A DNA stretch of 64,000 bases. Origin: Sedimentisphaerales bacterium. GTDB taxonomy: Bacteria > Planctomycetota > Phycisphaerae > Sedimentisphaerales > Anaerobacaceae. Positions within the stretch are counted from its first letter, which is position 1, and the number at the start of each line of letters is the position of its first letter. The notes beneath the pieces are model-generated. The model did not search any database, was not told where the DNA came from, and saw only the letters and a list, made by a program, of their open reading frames with translations. The position numbers and the translations under genes are program-made. This document shows, in pieces, positions 10,586-18,782 of this stretch. Where the stretch lies: NCBI GenBank assembly GCA_040772485.1, contig JAXGYC010000008.1, forward strand, positions 480,001-544,000, in the 5' to 3' direction.

Positions 10586-10674
10586 GCAGGGGCGAATCAT
10601 GATTCGCCCCGTTTGTGGCGTGCCCGTGAGGGCATACCTTCGATGGAACAGGTAACGCCTTACGGCGTCACTAC
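10586..10674. repeat. REP-like palindromes (GTAG/GCAG family)
   Basis: Perfect 22-bp palindrome GGGGCGAATCATGATTCGCCCC (10589-10610) and, on the minus strand, GTAGTGACGCCGTAAGGCGTTAC (10652-10674); related copies at 8065-8085 and 12951-12973. Confidence 0.75.
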
Positions 10675-10679
10675 AAACG

Positions 10680-11990
10680 TCAGTTGCCGGACAGAGCCTC
10701 GACGATGGTGCCGGCGAAGAGCGGCACGACGAGCGGTCCGGTCGAGGTGATGATGCGGCCGTCTCTCTCGACCGCCGCACCAGTGAAGACCGCGCCCGAG
10801 GCAACCAGGCGGTTCCGTTCGGCCGGCAGACTCGTCGCCCGAACGCCTCGGAGCACTCCGGCGTGGGCCAGGATCACCGGGCCGGTGCTGCTGGCCGCAA
10901 CCACCTTCCGCTGGGCCACCGCCCGACGCGCCAAGCCGACAGCCAGCGGGCTGTTGTAGTACTCGATCGTCCCCACCCCGCCGATGAAGACGAAGGCATC
11001 GAAGTCCTCGACCTTCACCTGGTTCAATGGCATGTCGGCCTGGGCGAAACTGCCGAACGCACCGACGATTCTGCCAGCCCGGGTGCTGGCGATGACCGTC
11101 TGCACGTTCGCCAGGCCCAGGGTGCGAGCCGTCTCGGAAAGCTCCTGGTCCTGGAATCCGTTGGGCGGCACGATGAGCACGGCTCGTGCGGAGCCCTGCC
11201 CCGATGGAGATCCACCTGCGGTGGACTGCGCCGCCGCTGCCGCCCGCGAGGCCGGATAGCCCACCAGGGCAACATACATCGGGTCCGCTGCCCGCGCCAG
11301 CCGCAGAGCCCGTTTGATTGCAGAGCTATCCACGTTGGCCGAGGCGATGTACGTCAGGTCGAGACTGACCGCCTGGAGCTGGAGGTTCTGCGACATCTGT
11401 CCGGCCAGCAATGCCATGACGCTCCTGGCGTTCTGGCCGTAGATCGCAGAGAAGTCGCGTACCGAGCCGGTAATGATGATCTGGCAACTGCCCGTGGTGG
11501 TCGGCGGAATGGAGACGTTCGGTTGGCGGCTGAAGACCGCGGCCGCGATGGCCCCGCGCACGTCGTTGTCAGAGATCTGCTGCAAGGCATGACCGATCGG
11601 GTCGTAAAGGTACGTCCCTTCAGGCAGCGAGAAATAGACCCTCAACGGGCTCAGGCTGCCGGGCGTGGCCGTGGCGCCTTCGGTCCTGGGAGCAGTCACC
11701 CCCTGGGCGGCCCAGGCAAGCTGGCCGATCTCCTCTAATGTCAATTTTTGGTCGGAAGGGAACTCAAGGTTCTGTGAGAGGGTCAGGGCCCTTTCGACAC
11801 TGACGGCACTCGATGCGGCCGGAGCGGGTAGTTGAACGTTCTTGAGCCTGGCGCCGCGGGGCGTACGGGTCCCCGTCGCGTCCCGGCCGGCCTGTTCCTG
11901 TCCCCAGCAGATGACCGACATGGCCAGAAGGACAGGCACCCATCGCAATCCGCATCGCCGGCAGGCAACGGAAGAAGTCTTACGCGTCAT
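10680..11990 (-). CDS. Exported fusion of nitroreductase (SagB-like) domain and DJ-1/PfpI domain
   Basis: Signal-peptide-like N-terminus; LTLEEIGQLAWAAQG...QNLQLQA nitroreductase-fold text; DFDAFVFIGG...VERDGRIITSTGP DJ-1/PfpI text. Confidence 0.8.
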   Translation of the reverse strand: MTRKTSSVACRRCGLRWVPVLLAMSVICWGQEQAGRDATGTRTPRGARLKNVQLPAPAASSAVSVERALTLSQNLEFPSDQKLTLEEIGQLAWAAQGVTAPRTEGATATPGSLSPLRVYFSLPEGTYLYDPIGHALQQISDNDVRGAIAAAVFSRQPNVSIPPTTTGSCQIIITGSVRDFSAIYGQNARSVMALLAGQMSQNLQLQAVSLDLTYIASANVDSSAIKRALRLARAADPMYVALVGYPASRAAAAAQSTAGGSPSGQGSARAVLIVPPNGFQDQELSETARTLGLANVQTVIASTRAGRIVGAFGSFAQADMPLNQVKVEDFDAFVFIGGVGTIEYYNSPLAVGLARRAVAQRKVVAASSTGPVILAHAGVLRGVRATSLPAERNRLVASGAVFTGAAVERDGRIITSTGPLVVPLFAGTIVEALSGN

Positions 11991-12079
11991 ATGCTGTTCC
12001 TCCAAATGGACCAAAGCCCATTCTACAGCGTAACACTTTGGGCGGGACTTCGCCACAGGATTCCTGGCAGGGGCGAGGT

Positions 12080-12139
12080 GGTCTCTGGGGTCCTTCTCGG
12101 GCCCCAAAGGACCAAAGGGACCGTAAGGACCGAAAGGAC
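12080..12139. repeat. Degenerate inverted nonamer-repeat element
   Basis: GGTCTCTGG-GGTCCTTCT followed by AAAGGACC-AAAGGGACC-GTAAGGACC-GAAAGGAC. Confidence 0.6.
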
Positions 12140-12201
12140 TCTATGCCGGCACGCCACGAACTTGGTACAATCACGCGGACGGATGATTTGCGTCTGGCAG
12201 C

Positions 12202-13089
12202 ATGGCCTTCAAGGTGCAGTACATGGCGATGGCACAACGGCGGAAATGGATGATCCTGGCCCTGGCGCTCTACTGGCCGGCGCTGTTTGTGCTGGCGCAC
12301 ATCCCGATCCCGGCGGTTGTGCGCGAGGCCAACATCTCGGACAAGGGTCTCCATTTCCTGATGTACGCCATTCTGACGTTCCTGCTGTGGTCGGCGGTCG
12401 GTCCCGATTCGAAAGTCAGGTGGCGCCGGCCCGGGGGTTGGCTCATACTTGCCGCGGTCCTTCTCTACAGCCTCTGCGACGAGGGTCTCCAGCATTTCGT
12501 GTCGGGCCGCTCGGCGGACGCGAGAGATCTTGTGGCGGACCTGGCGGGAGCGGCGGTGGCGCTGGGCATCCTCACGGTCTTTTCCTTCTGGCCCGCCGGA
12601 GCCATCATCACGGCCATGACGGTCTACATGCTGCCTGTCCTGGCCCGGCGGAACCTGATGAACCTGCTGCCCGTGATGACCACTGTGTTCTACGTGGGGG
12701 GCTATGCAACCTTCACCCTTCTCTGGACGCGCTGCCTGCGTTGGCACGAGGGCGCCAGAAGGGTCGGCTGGGCATGGCTTGCCGCCTCCGTGTCGGGACC
12801 GTTGGCCCTGCTGGCGGCCACACGAATCAGTGCGAAGGCAGCGGGCCGGCCGTTCGACCGGTGGGACATGTTGGCGGCCGCGATGGGGATCCTCGTGGGA
12901 GTCCTGGTCGCCTGGGGAGTGGGATGGCCCGCCCGCCGGAAGACACGACAGGCGAATGGTGATTCGCCCCTACAGATCGGCTCGAAACGGCCGGTACAGG
13001 GGGTCGCCGATGAGGACCAGTTGCCAGGAGTTGAACGGCTTGGTGCGGTAGAAGGCCTCGACCAGACAGCGACCGTCAAACAGCTCTGA
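12202..13089 (+). CDS. VanZ family membrane protein
   Basis: SDKGLHFLMYAIL and DEGLQHFVSGRSADARDLVAD VanZ motifs; multiple TM helices; 3' end overlaps the convergent gene. Confidence 0.8.
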   Translation: MAFKVQYMAMAQRRKWMILALALYWPALFVLAHIPIPAVVREANISDKGLHFLMYAILTFLLWSAVGPDSKVRWRRPGGWLILAAVLLYSLCDEGLQHFVSGRSADARDLVADLAGAAVALGILTVFSFWPAGAIITAMTVYMLPVLARRNLMNLLPVMTTVFYVGGYATFTLLWTRCLRWHEGARRVGWAWLAASVSGPLALLAATRISAKAAGRPFDRWDMLAAAMGILVGVLVAWGVGWPARRKTRQANGDSPLQIGSKRPVQGVADEDQLPGVERLGAVEGLDQTATVKQL

Positions 13090-14187
13090 GAAGAACGCCT
13101 TGGGCGGCGGAAAGCTGTGCAGATAAGGCTCGGCCACGGGACCGAGCGTCGCGGTGATCCCTCGGGCGAGCATGGCGGGACACCACTGCGTGCTGTTGGG
13201 GTCGTGCAGGCCCCCCGCCTCGAAGCTGGCAATGTGGAATCCCACGGCGCCCGGAGCAAACTCGAAGGCGTCGACGTACTTGCTGACGCTGTACCAGCCA
13301 CAATAGATCGCCGTGTCGGGACAACTGCCCGGCTCGAACAGAGCCGCCGTACGCTCCTCCTTGACCGGCAGCGACGTTCGCAACTGGATCAGCAGCGCCA
13401 AGTCTCGAAGATACTGGTCGTAACGGCTGTAGGGATCCTTGCCGAAGAGGCCGCGCGAATCGACGTAGGCCGTTCCCTTCAGGCCCTGTGCCTCGGCGGC
13501 CAGGGCCTTGTCGACCAATCCCTTGGCGATCGTGTCGTCGGGACCGTCGAGCCGGGAGACCATCAGGGTGCGGAAGGGCTGCGGCCCGGTGCTGCGCAGC
13601 ATGTTCGGCTGCCATCGGTAGAGCTCATAGGCGCCGAACAGGACCATCGACAATTCGCTGTCGACGGACGCGTTGGTCTCGGTTCCGCTGATGCAGTCGA
13701 TCTCGCCCTGTATGAAGGTCACCTGCAAGGTGCGCTGCCGGTGCTCGGGCGAATCGTTTTGCCCCTTGGCCTCCAGTTGAGCGACCGCCTCTTTCTCCTG
13801 CTCCAACTGCTGCCGCAACTGCTTGAGCCGGTCTTCGGACTTGGCGAGCGGGCCCCGCGGTCCGACGCGAAAAGGCACCCCGTAGGTCGCGACGAGACAC
13901 TTGACGTGGGCGAGGTCCTGCCGGGTGGCGAAGAGCCGGCGGATGGGCCGGGCGATCTGCATGTCGTAGTCGTCCCGGCTGATGGAATCGCGAAGGGTCG
14001 CGCCCAGGACCAGCGGGACTACGTGGCGGTTCGGCACGCCGCGACGCTCGCAGTAGTACCGCGCCAGGCGCACCGAAGCGGGGTTGTTCACGTTCGCCAG
14101 AACCAGGATGTCGTTGGGTTCCAACGCGCGGACAGGCCGGCTGCACAGCAGGATCAGGAGAACACATAGCGATCGGTTCTTCGTCAT
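12970..14187 (-). CDS. TIGR03790 family protein
   Basis: Signal peptide; ARYYCERRGVP, ASVDSEL, MVSRLDGP, YCGWY, FHIASFEA, TLGPVAEPYL, IGDPLYRPF. Confidence 0.85.
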   Translation of the reverse strand: MTKNRSLCVLLILLCSRPVRALEPNDILVLANVNNPASVRLARYYCERRGVPNRHVVPLVLGATLRDSISRDDYDMQIARPIRRLFATRQDLAHVKCLVATYGVPFRVGPRGPLAKSEDRLKQLRQQLEQEKEAVAQLEAKGQNDSPEHRQRTLQVTFIQGEIDCISGTETNASVDSELSMVLFGAYELYRWQPNMLRSTGPQPFRTLMVSRLDGPDDTIAKGLVDKALAAEAQGLKGTAYVDSRGLFGKDPYSRYDQYLRDLALLIQLRTSLPVKEERTAALFEPGSCPDTAIYCGWYSVSKYVDAFEFAPGAVGFHIASFEAGGLHDPNSTQWCPAMLARGITATLGPVAEPYLHSFPPPKAFFSELFDGRCLVEAFYRTKPFNSWQLVLIGDPLYRPFRADL

Positions 14188-14273
14188 TCCAGGAGTACCT
14201 CCATCCGCTCGTCGGCATGGCTCCTCGCTCGCAGGACCGCGAGGAATCCCGCGGGCGAGGCGCCCAGGCGGAC

Positions 14274-15419
14274 TCATTCGGGGCCGTGGGACCGATAGGG
14301 CAGGTTCGCCGGGTGCTCGCGAGTCACTTCCTCATAATCATCCAGCCAGCAGGCCTGCGGGTTGCTGGCAAATACCAGCATCCGGCCGCTGTCGGCGTCG
14401 TTGGCGGCGCGATGGTACCGGAAGTACACGCGATCCGACAGCTTGCCGAGAATCTCGATCTTCCCGGTGGCGTGGCTCATCACGAAGCGCAGCCGTTTCG
14501 CCAGCCCGGAGACGCGCGACTTGGCCTGTTCGACGATCTCGCAGCCGGTTTCGATCGGGACCGTGTAGGCCCGGTTGCCCACCGCCGGACGGCATTGGAA
14601 GATGTAGTAGGGAACCGCGCCGATGAACGACAGCCTGGCCAGAAGCGTCGCCAGCGTTTCGGGGTCGTCGTTGACGCCGCGAATCAGAGGGGTCTGATTG
14701 GCCGTGATGGCCCCGGCCTCCTGGAGCGCGTCCACCGCCTCGACCGCCACGTCCGTCAGCTCGCGCGGATGGATGAAATGCGTCATCACGTAGAGGCGCT
14801 TGCGAGGCGTGCTGTATCGCCGGATCATGTCCGCCAGGGTCGGGTCCTCGAGAATCCGGTATGGATTGAACGCAGGCGTTCGCGTGCCGATGCGGATGAT
14901 CTGCACGTGCTCGATCTGACGAATCCGACCCACAATGTCCGCCAGTTTCGACGTCGCCAGGACCAGAGGGTCGCCGCCGGTGAGGAGGACATTCGTGATC
15001 TCGCGATGCTCGGCGATATAGGCCATCGCCGCCGGGATGTCACGAAGGTATTCCCACTGGGGGCGGATGAACACGCGTTTGCGGAAACAATACCGGCAAA
15101 TCCCCTCGCAGACGTTGCTGACCAGCAGCAGGACGGTCGTAGGGTACTTGTGTTCGAGGCCGGGCAGCACCGTGTAGGTTTCCTCGTCGGACGGATCGAG
15201 GCGGCCCCACTCCTCCAGTTCCTCCAGATTCGGCACGACCGCCCGGCGAATCGGGTCGTTCGGATCGTTCCAGTCGATCAGCGACAGGTAGTAGTCGTTG
15301 CAGCGAAAGGCAAACCGTTGCGCGACCGGCTCCAGCGCCGCCCGTTCCTCATCGTCGAGCGGCTCGATCTGGTCGAGCTTCGTGAGGTACTTGCAGTGAT
15401 GGGGCGGGTTGGCTGTCAT
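14274..15419 (-). CDS. KamA-family radical SAM protein (lysine 2,3-aminomutase-like)
   Basis: GLEHKYP, CEGICRYCFRKR (CX3CX2C), LLTGGDPL, IRIGTR, HFIHPREL, NQTPLIRGVND. Confidence 0.9.
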   Translation of the reverse strand: MTANPPHHCKYLTKLDQIEPLDDEERAALEPVAQRFAFRCNDYYLSLIDWNDPNDPIRRAVVPNLEELEEWGRLDPSDEETYTVLPGLEHKYPTTVLLLVSNVCEGICRYCFRKRVFIRPQWEYLRDIPAAMAYIAEHREITNVLLTGGDPLVLATSKLADIVGRIRQIEHVQIIRIGTRTPAFNPYRILEDPTLADMIRRYSTPRKRLYVMTHFIHPRELTDVAVEAVDALQEAGAITANQTPLIRGVNDDPETLATLLARLSFIGAVPYYIFQCRPAVGNRAYTVPIETGCEIVEQAKSRVSGLAKRLRFVMSHATGKIEILGKLSDRVYFRYHRAANDADSGRMLVFASNPQACWLDDYEEVTREHPANLPYRSHGPE

Positions 15420-16060
15420 GAGCGCGCGTCCTGATTCGTATGGTGTTCCGTCTGTTCCAGGGTTCTTTCTCCTCGAACCGATTCGTTCTGCGAGTATCTC
15501 TTTTCGTAGATGCCCTTGCGTCCGCACAATCGTGCGAGTGTGGTCAGAAGGACAGCTGCGTCGAGCCGCAGGCCCGCCCGTTCCACGTACTGGACGTCGA
15601 GCTCCAGCTTCTGTTCCCGCGTCAGAGCGCCGCGACCGGCGATTTGCGCCAGGCCGGTCAGCCCGGGCCGGACGGACAACCGCCGCCTCTGCCGGTCGTT
15701 CCACTCGGCGATCTGCGAAACGTACAGCGGTCGAGGCCCCACGAGACTCATATCCCCTTTGACTATATTAGCCAACTGGGGCAATTCGTCAAGCGAACGC
15801 TCCCGGAGCCATCGGCCGACGCCCGTAAGCCGCGGATCGTCAGGCGACCTCGGACTGGGCCCGAACGGCTCAACGTCGAGTCGCATGGTCCGAAATTTGT
15901 AGAGCGTGAAGGGCTTTCCGCCCTTGCCCGCGCGCTGCTGCGCGAACAGGGCCGGCCCCCTGCTGCTCAGTCGAATCGCCAGCGCAATAGCCAGCAGCAG
16001 CGGCGCCAGCAACACCAGCAGCACGCCGGCAACAAGAATGTCGAATGCTCGTTTCGCGAT
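15416..16060 (-). CDS. Bacterial sugar transferase (phosphoglycosyl transferase); start uncertain (ATC 16060 or GTG 16024)
   Basis: KRAFDI, YKFRTM, DPRLT, SLDELPQL, GDMSLVGPRP, PGLTGLAQ. Confidence 0.9.
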   Translation of the reverse strand: MAKRAFDILVAGVLLVLLAPLLLAIALAIRLSSRGPALFAQQRAGKGGKPFTLYKFRTMRLDVEPFGPSPRSPDDPRLTGVGRWLRERSLDELPQLANIVKGDMSLVGPRPLYVSQIAEWNDRQRRRLSVRPGLTGLAQIAGRGALTREQKLELDVQYVERAGLRLDAAVLLTTLARLCGRKGIYEKRYSQNESVRGERTLEQTEHHTNQDARS

Positions 16061-16061
16061 C

Positions 16062-17162
16062 TTAGCCCAGGAACCCGAGGATGGCGTCGACCACCGCGTC
16101 CTGCATCTCGTCGGTCAGCTCGGGATATATCGGAAGCGCCATGATCTCTTTGGCGGCTTTCTCGGATGCGGGGAAACTGCCTTCTTTGTGCCCCAGATAG
16201 GCGAAGCACTCCTGCAAGTGCGCCGGAACGGGATAGTAGATCTCACAGCCGATATGACTGGCCTGCAGATGCGCGACGACCTCGTCTCGCCGCGGCACGC
16301 GGATGCAATACTGGTTGTAAATCGTCTGGCAGTCCGGACTGACATACGGCGTCTGAACGACGGTGCCCTTGAACCTCTTGTCGTAGTAGGCCGCGTTATC
16401 CCGCCGGGCCTGCGACCAGTCGCCCAGGTGCGGCAGCTTCACCTGCAGCGCCACCGCCTGGATCGGGTCGAGACGGAAGTTGGCGCCGACGTATTTGTGG
16501 TAGTACTTCGGCTCCATCCCATGGTTGCGCATCAAAACCAGACGCTTGTAGAGCGCCTCATCGTTGGTGACGACCATGCCCCCGTCGCCGATGCCGCCGA
16601 GGTTCTTGCTCGGGAAGAAGCTGAAGCAGCCGGCCGTGCCGATGCTGCCGGCCTTCCTGCCTTTGTAGGTGCTCGTGATAGACTGGGCGGCATCCTCGAT
16701 CACCGCCAGATTGTACCGCTCCGCGACGTCCATGATCGCATCCATGTCCGCCATCTGGCCAAACAGGTGCACGGGCATGATCGCTTTGGTGTTCTTGGTG
16801 ACCGCCGCCTCGATCAGGTCAGCATCGATATTGTACGTCTTCGGGTCGATATCGACAAAGACGGGTCTGGCCCCGACCCGCGCGATGCACCCGACGGTCG
16901 CGAAGAACGTGAAGGGCGTGGTGATGACCTCGTCGCCCGGACCGATCTGAAGGCTCATCAGGCAGTTCAACAGCGCGTCGGTCCCGCTGGAAACACCGAC
17001 CGCGTATTGGCAGTCGCTCACCTGGGCGATCTGCCTCTCGAGTTCCTCCACCTTCGGGCCCCCGATGCACCGCTGGGATTCAAGCACTTCGGCCACGGCC
17101 GCCAGCACCTCGTCCTTGATGGTTGCATACTGCGCCTTCAAATCCAACAACGGTACCTGCAT
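16062..17162 (-). CDS. DegT/DnrJ/EryC1/StrS nucleotide-sugar aminotransferase
   Basis: SSGTDAL, PVHLFGQ, IEDAAQ, FSFFPSKNLG (PLP lysine). Confidence 0.95.
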   Translation of the reverse strand: MQVPLLDLKAQYATIKDEVLAAVAEVLESQRCIGGPKVEELERQIAQVSDCQYAVGVSSGTDALLNCLMSLQIGPGDEVITTPFTFFATVGCIARVGARPVFVDIDPKTYNIDADLIEAAVTKNTKAIMPVHLFGQMADMDAIMDVAERYNLAVIEDAAQSITSTYKGRKAGSIGTAGCFSFFPSKNLGGIGDGGMVVTNDEALYKRLVLMRNHGMEPKYYHKYVGANFRLDPIQAVALQVKLPHLGDWSQARRDNAAYYDKRFKGTVVQTPYVSPDCQTIYNQYCIRVPRRDEVVAHLQASHIGCEIYYPVPAHLQECFAYLGHKEGSFPASEKAAKEIMALPIYPELTDEMQDAVVDAILGFLG

Positions 17163-17277
17163 AGGACCTTCCCTGAGAAGCTGCTTCGGTTCGCCCCGTC
17201 AGTTGCTTGAGCGTGCACATGTCGATGTGCGGCCAGGGCCGTCCCATTATGGCCGATCACGCCGCCGCCGGCAACCT

Positions 17278-18543
17278 TTACTCACCCGCTCTGCTCGGGA
17301 GTGCCGCGTTCGCGTGGCCGACGACCCGTGCAAGGAGACTTTCGAGGTGAGCGGCGAGCAGGTTGCGGTCGAACTCGCGTTCTGCCAGCGCCCGGGCGTT
17401 GCGCCCCATCTGCGCGCACAGCGCAGGATTTTGCGACAGCTCCATCAGCGCCTCAGCCAAGGCGGCCGGACGATCCGGCGCGACAAAGCGACCGCAGCCG
17501 TTCCGCTCGATCGTCTCGGCCAGCCAGCCGCCTGCATTGATGAGCACCGGCTTGCCCGCCGCCAGCGAATCGAACATCTTGTTGGGAGACCACGTGGGTT
17601 TCTCGCCGCCTCGGACGATCGTCAGACAGACGTCGCCGCCGGCTACGATGCCTGCGATCTCTTCCTTGGGTACCAGATCGCCAAAGACGACGTTTTGCAG
17701 GTTGTACCGCCTGGCCATCGCCTCCAGTTCACTGCGTTTGCCCCCGCCGCCCTGAAGGACCAGGACGATGTGGTCCTGCCTTCGTTCGGCCAGGATCTTC
17801 GCCGCCTCAATCGCGTATTCCAGGCCGTTGGCCAGGCCCATGGCCCCGAAATACAGCGCGGCGAATCGGTCGCCCAGCCCCAGCCGACGGCGCGCCGCAC
17901 TGCCGTCCAGATCGGGACGAAACAGATCCAGGTCGCTGCCGTTGGGAATCACTGTGACGCTGGAGGCGGCGACTCCCGCCCGCACGATGCCCTCCTTCAT
18001 GCCGGGCGACAGCGCCACGATGTGGTCGGCTTGCCGGTAGATCTTCCGCGCCATGCGCCGGAGCCACCAGATTGCCAGCGGGTTGTTCAAGGCGCCGATC
18101 TCCACGAGCGCCTCGGGCCATAGATCGCGGGCCTCGAAGACGAACGGCACGCCAAAGTGCCGGCCGGCCGCGATGCCCGCCAGGCCCACCGTCAGCGGCG
18201 TGTGCGTCGCGAAGACGATGTCGGGCCGGTCCTGCTCTCTGGCGATTCGCGCGGCCACCCGCGCGAATTCGTAGAACTTGAGCATTCGTCGCCAGCCGCT
18301 CAGGGCCGTTCCCATATGCGGGTCGTTGTACCCCCCCGTCACAGACACCACGCGGATTCCGTCGACCTCGTACACGCCGTACCGCTTGCCCCTGGGCACA
18401 GGAAACTCGGCGTTGGCCAGACCGGAGGTAATCATCGTCACGCGGTGGCCCTTGCCTGCCAGGTGCCGCCCGAACTCATACGATCGCGTTCCGGTCCGGC
18501 CCTTGCGCGATGCGAAGTACTGATGGATGTAGAGGATATGCAT
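17278..18543 (-). CDS. Glycosyltransferase family 4 (WbuB-like)
   Basis: HQYF...GTRSYE, FEARDLWPE, SPNKMFDSLAAGKPV. Confidence 0.9.
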   Translation of the reverse strand: MHILYIHQYFASRKGRTGTRSYEFGRHLAGKGHRVTMITSGLANAEFPVPRGKRYGVYEVDGIRVVSVTGGYNDPHMGTALSGWRRMLKFYEFARVAARIAREQDRPDIVFATHTPLTVGLAGIAAGRHFGVPFVFEARDLWPEALVEIGALNNPLAIWWLRRMARKIYRQADHIVALSPGMKEGIVRAGVAASSVTVIPNGSDLDLFRPDLDGSAARRRLGLGDRFAALYFGAMGLANGLEYAIEAAKILAERRQDHIVLVLQGGGGKRSELEAMARRYNLQNVVFGDLVPKEEIAGIVAGGDVCLTIVRGGEKPTWSPNKMFDSLAAGKPVLINAGGWLAETIERNGCGRFVAPDRPAALAEALMELSQNPALCAQMGRNARALAEREFDRNLLAAHLESLLARVVGHANAALPSRAGE

Positions 18544-18676
18544 GTTTGCAGGCCTACCGGTTCAGACCTTCCCGACCTACTTTCTTTCGGGCAGCCCCGA
18601 TAATCTCGCCTCCATCACACCAAAACGCAGGATGTCGCATTCTACTCCGTCTTCCACTCTTTCCCATGTTAACTCT

Positions 18677-18688
18677 GTGTGGTATAAT
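18677..18688 (+). promoter_or_regulatory. Putative extended -10 promoter for the plus-strand hypothetical gene
   Basis: TGTGTGGTATAAT (TGn-TATAAT) about 95 bp upstream of ATG 18783. Confidence 0.5.
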
Positions 18689-18782
18689 GGGTGCGTCTCC
18701 TTGCAGAATGGCAGGATGACGCATCAGGGCGAAAGCCGTGGCGCCAGGGAGGTTGTGTCGACAGATGGGGGAAAGAGGTCAT

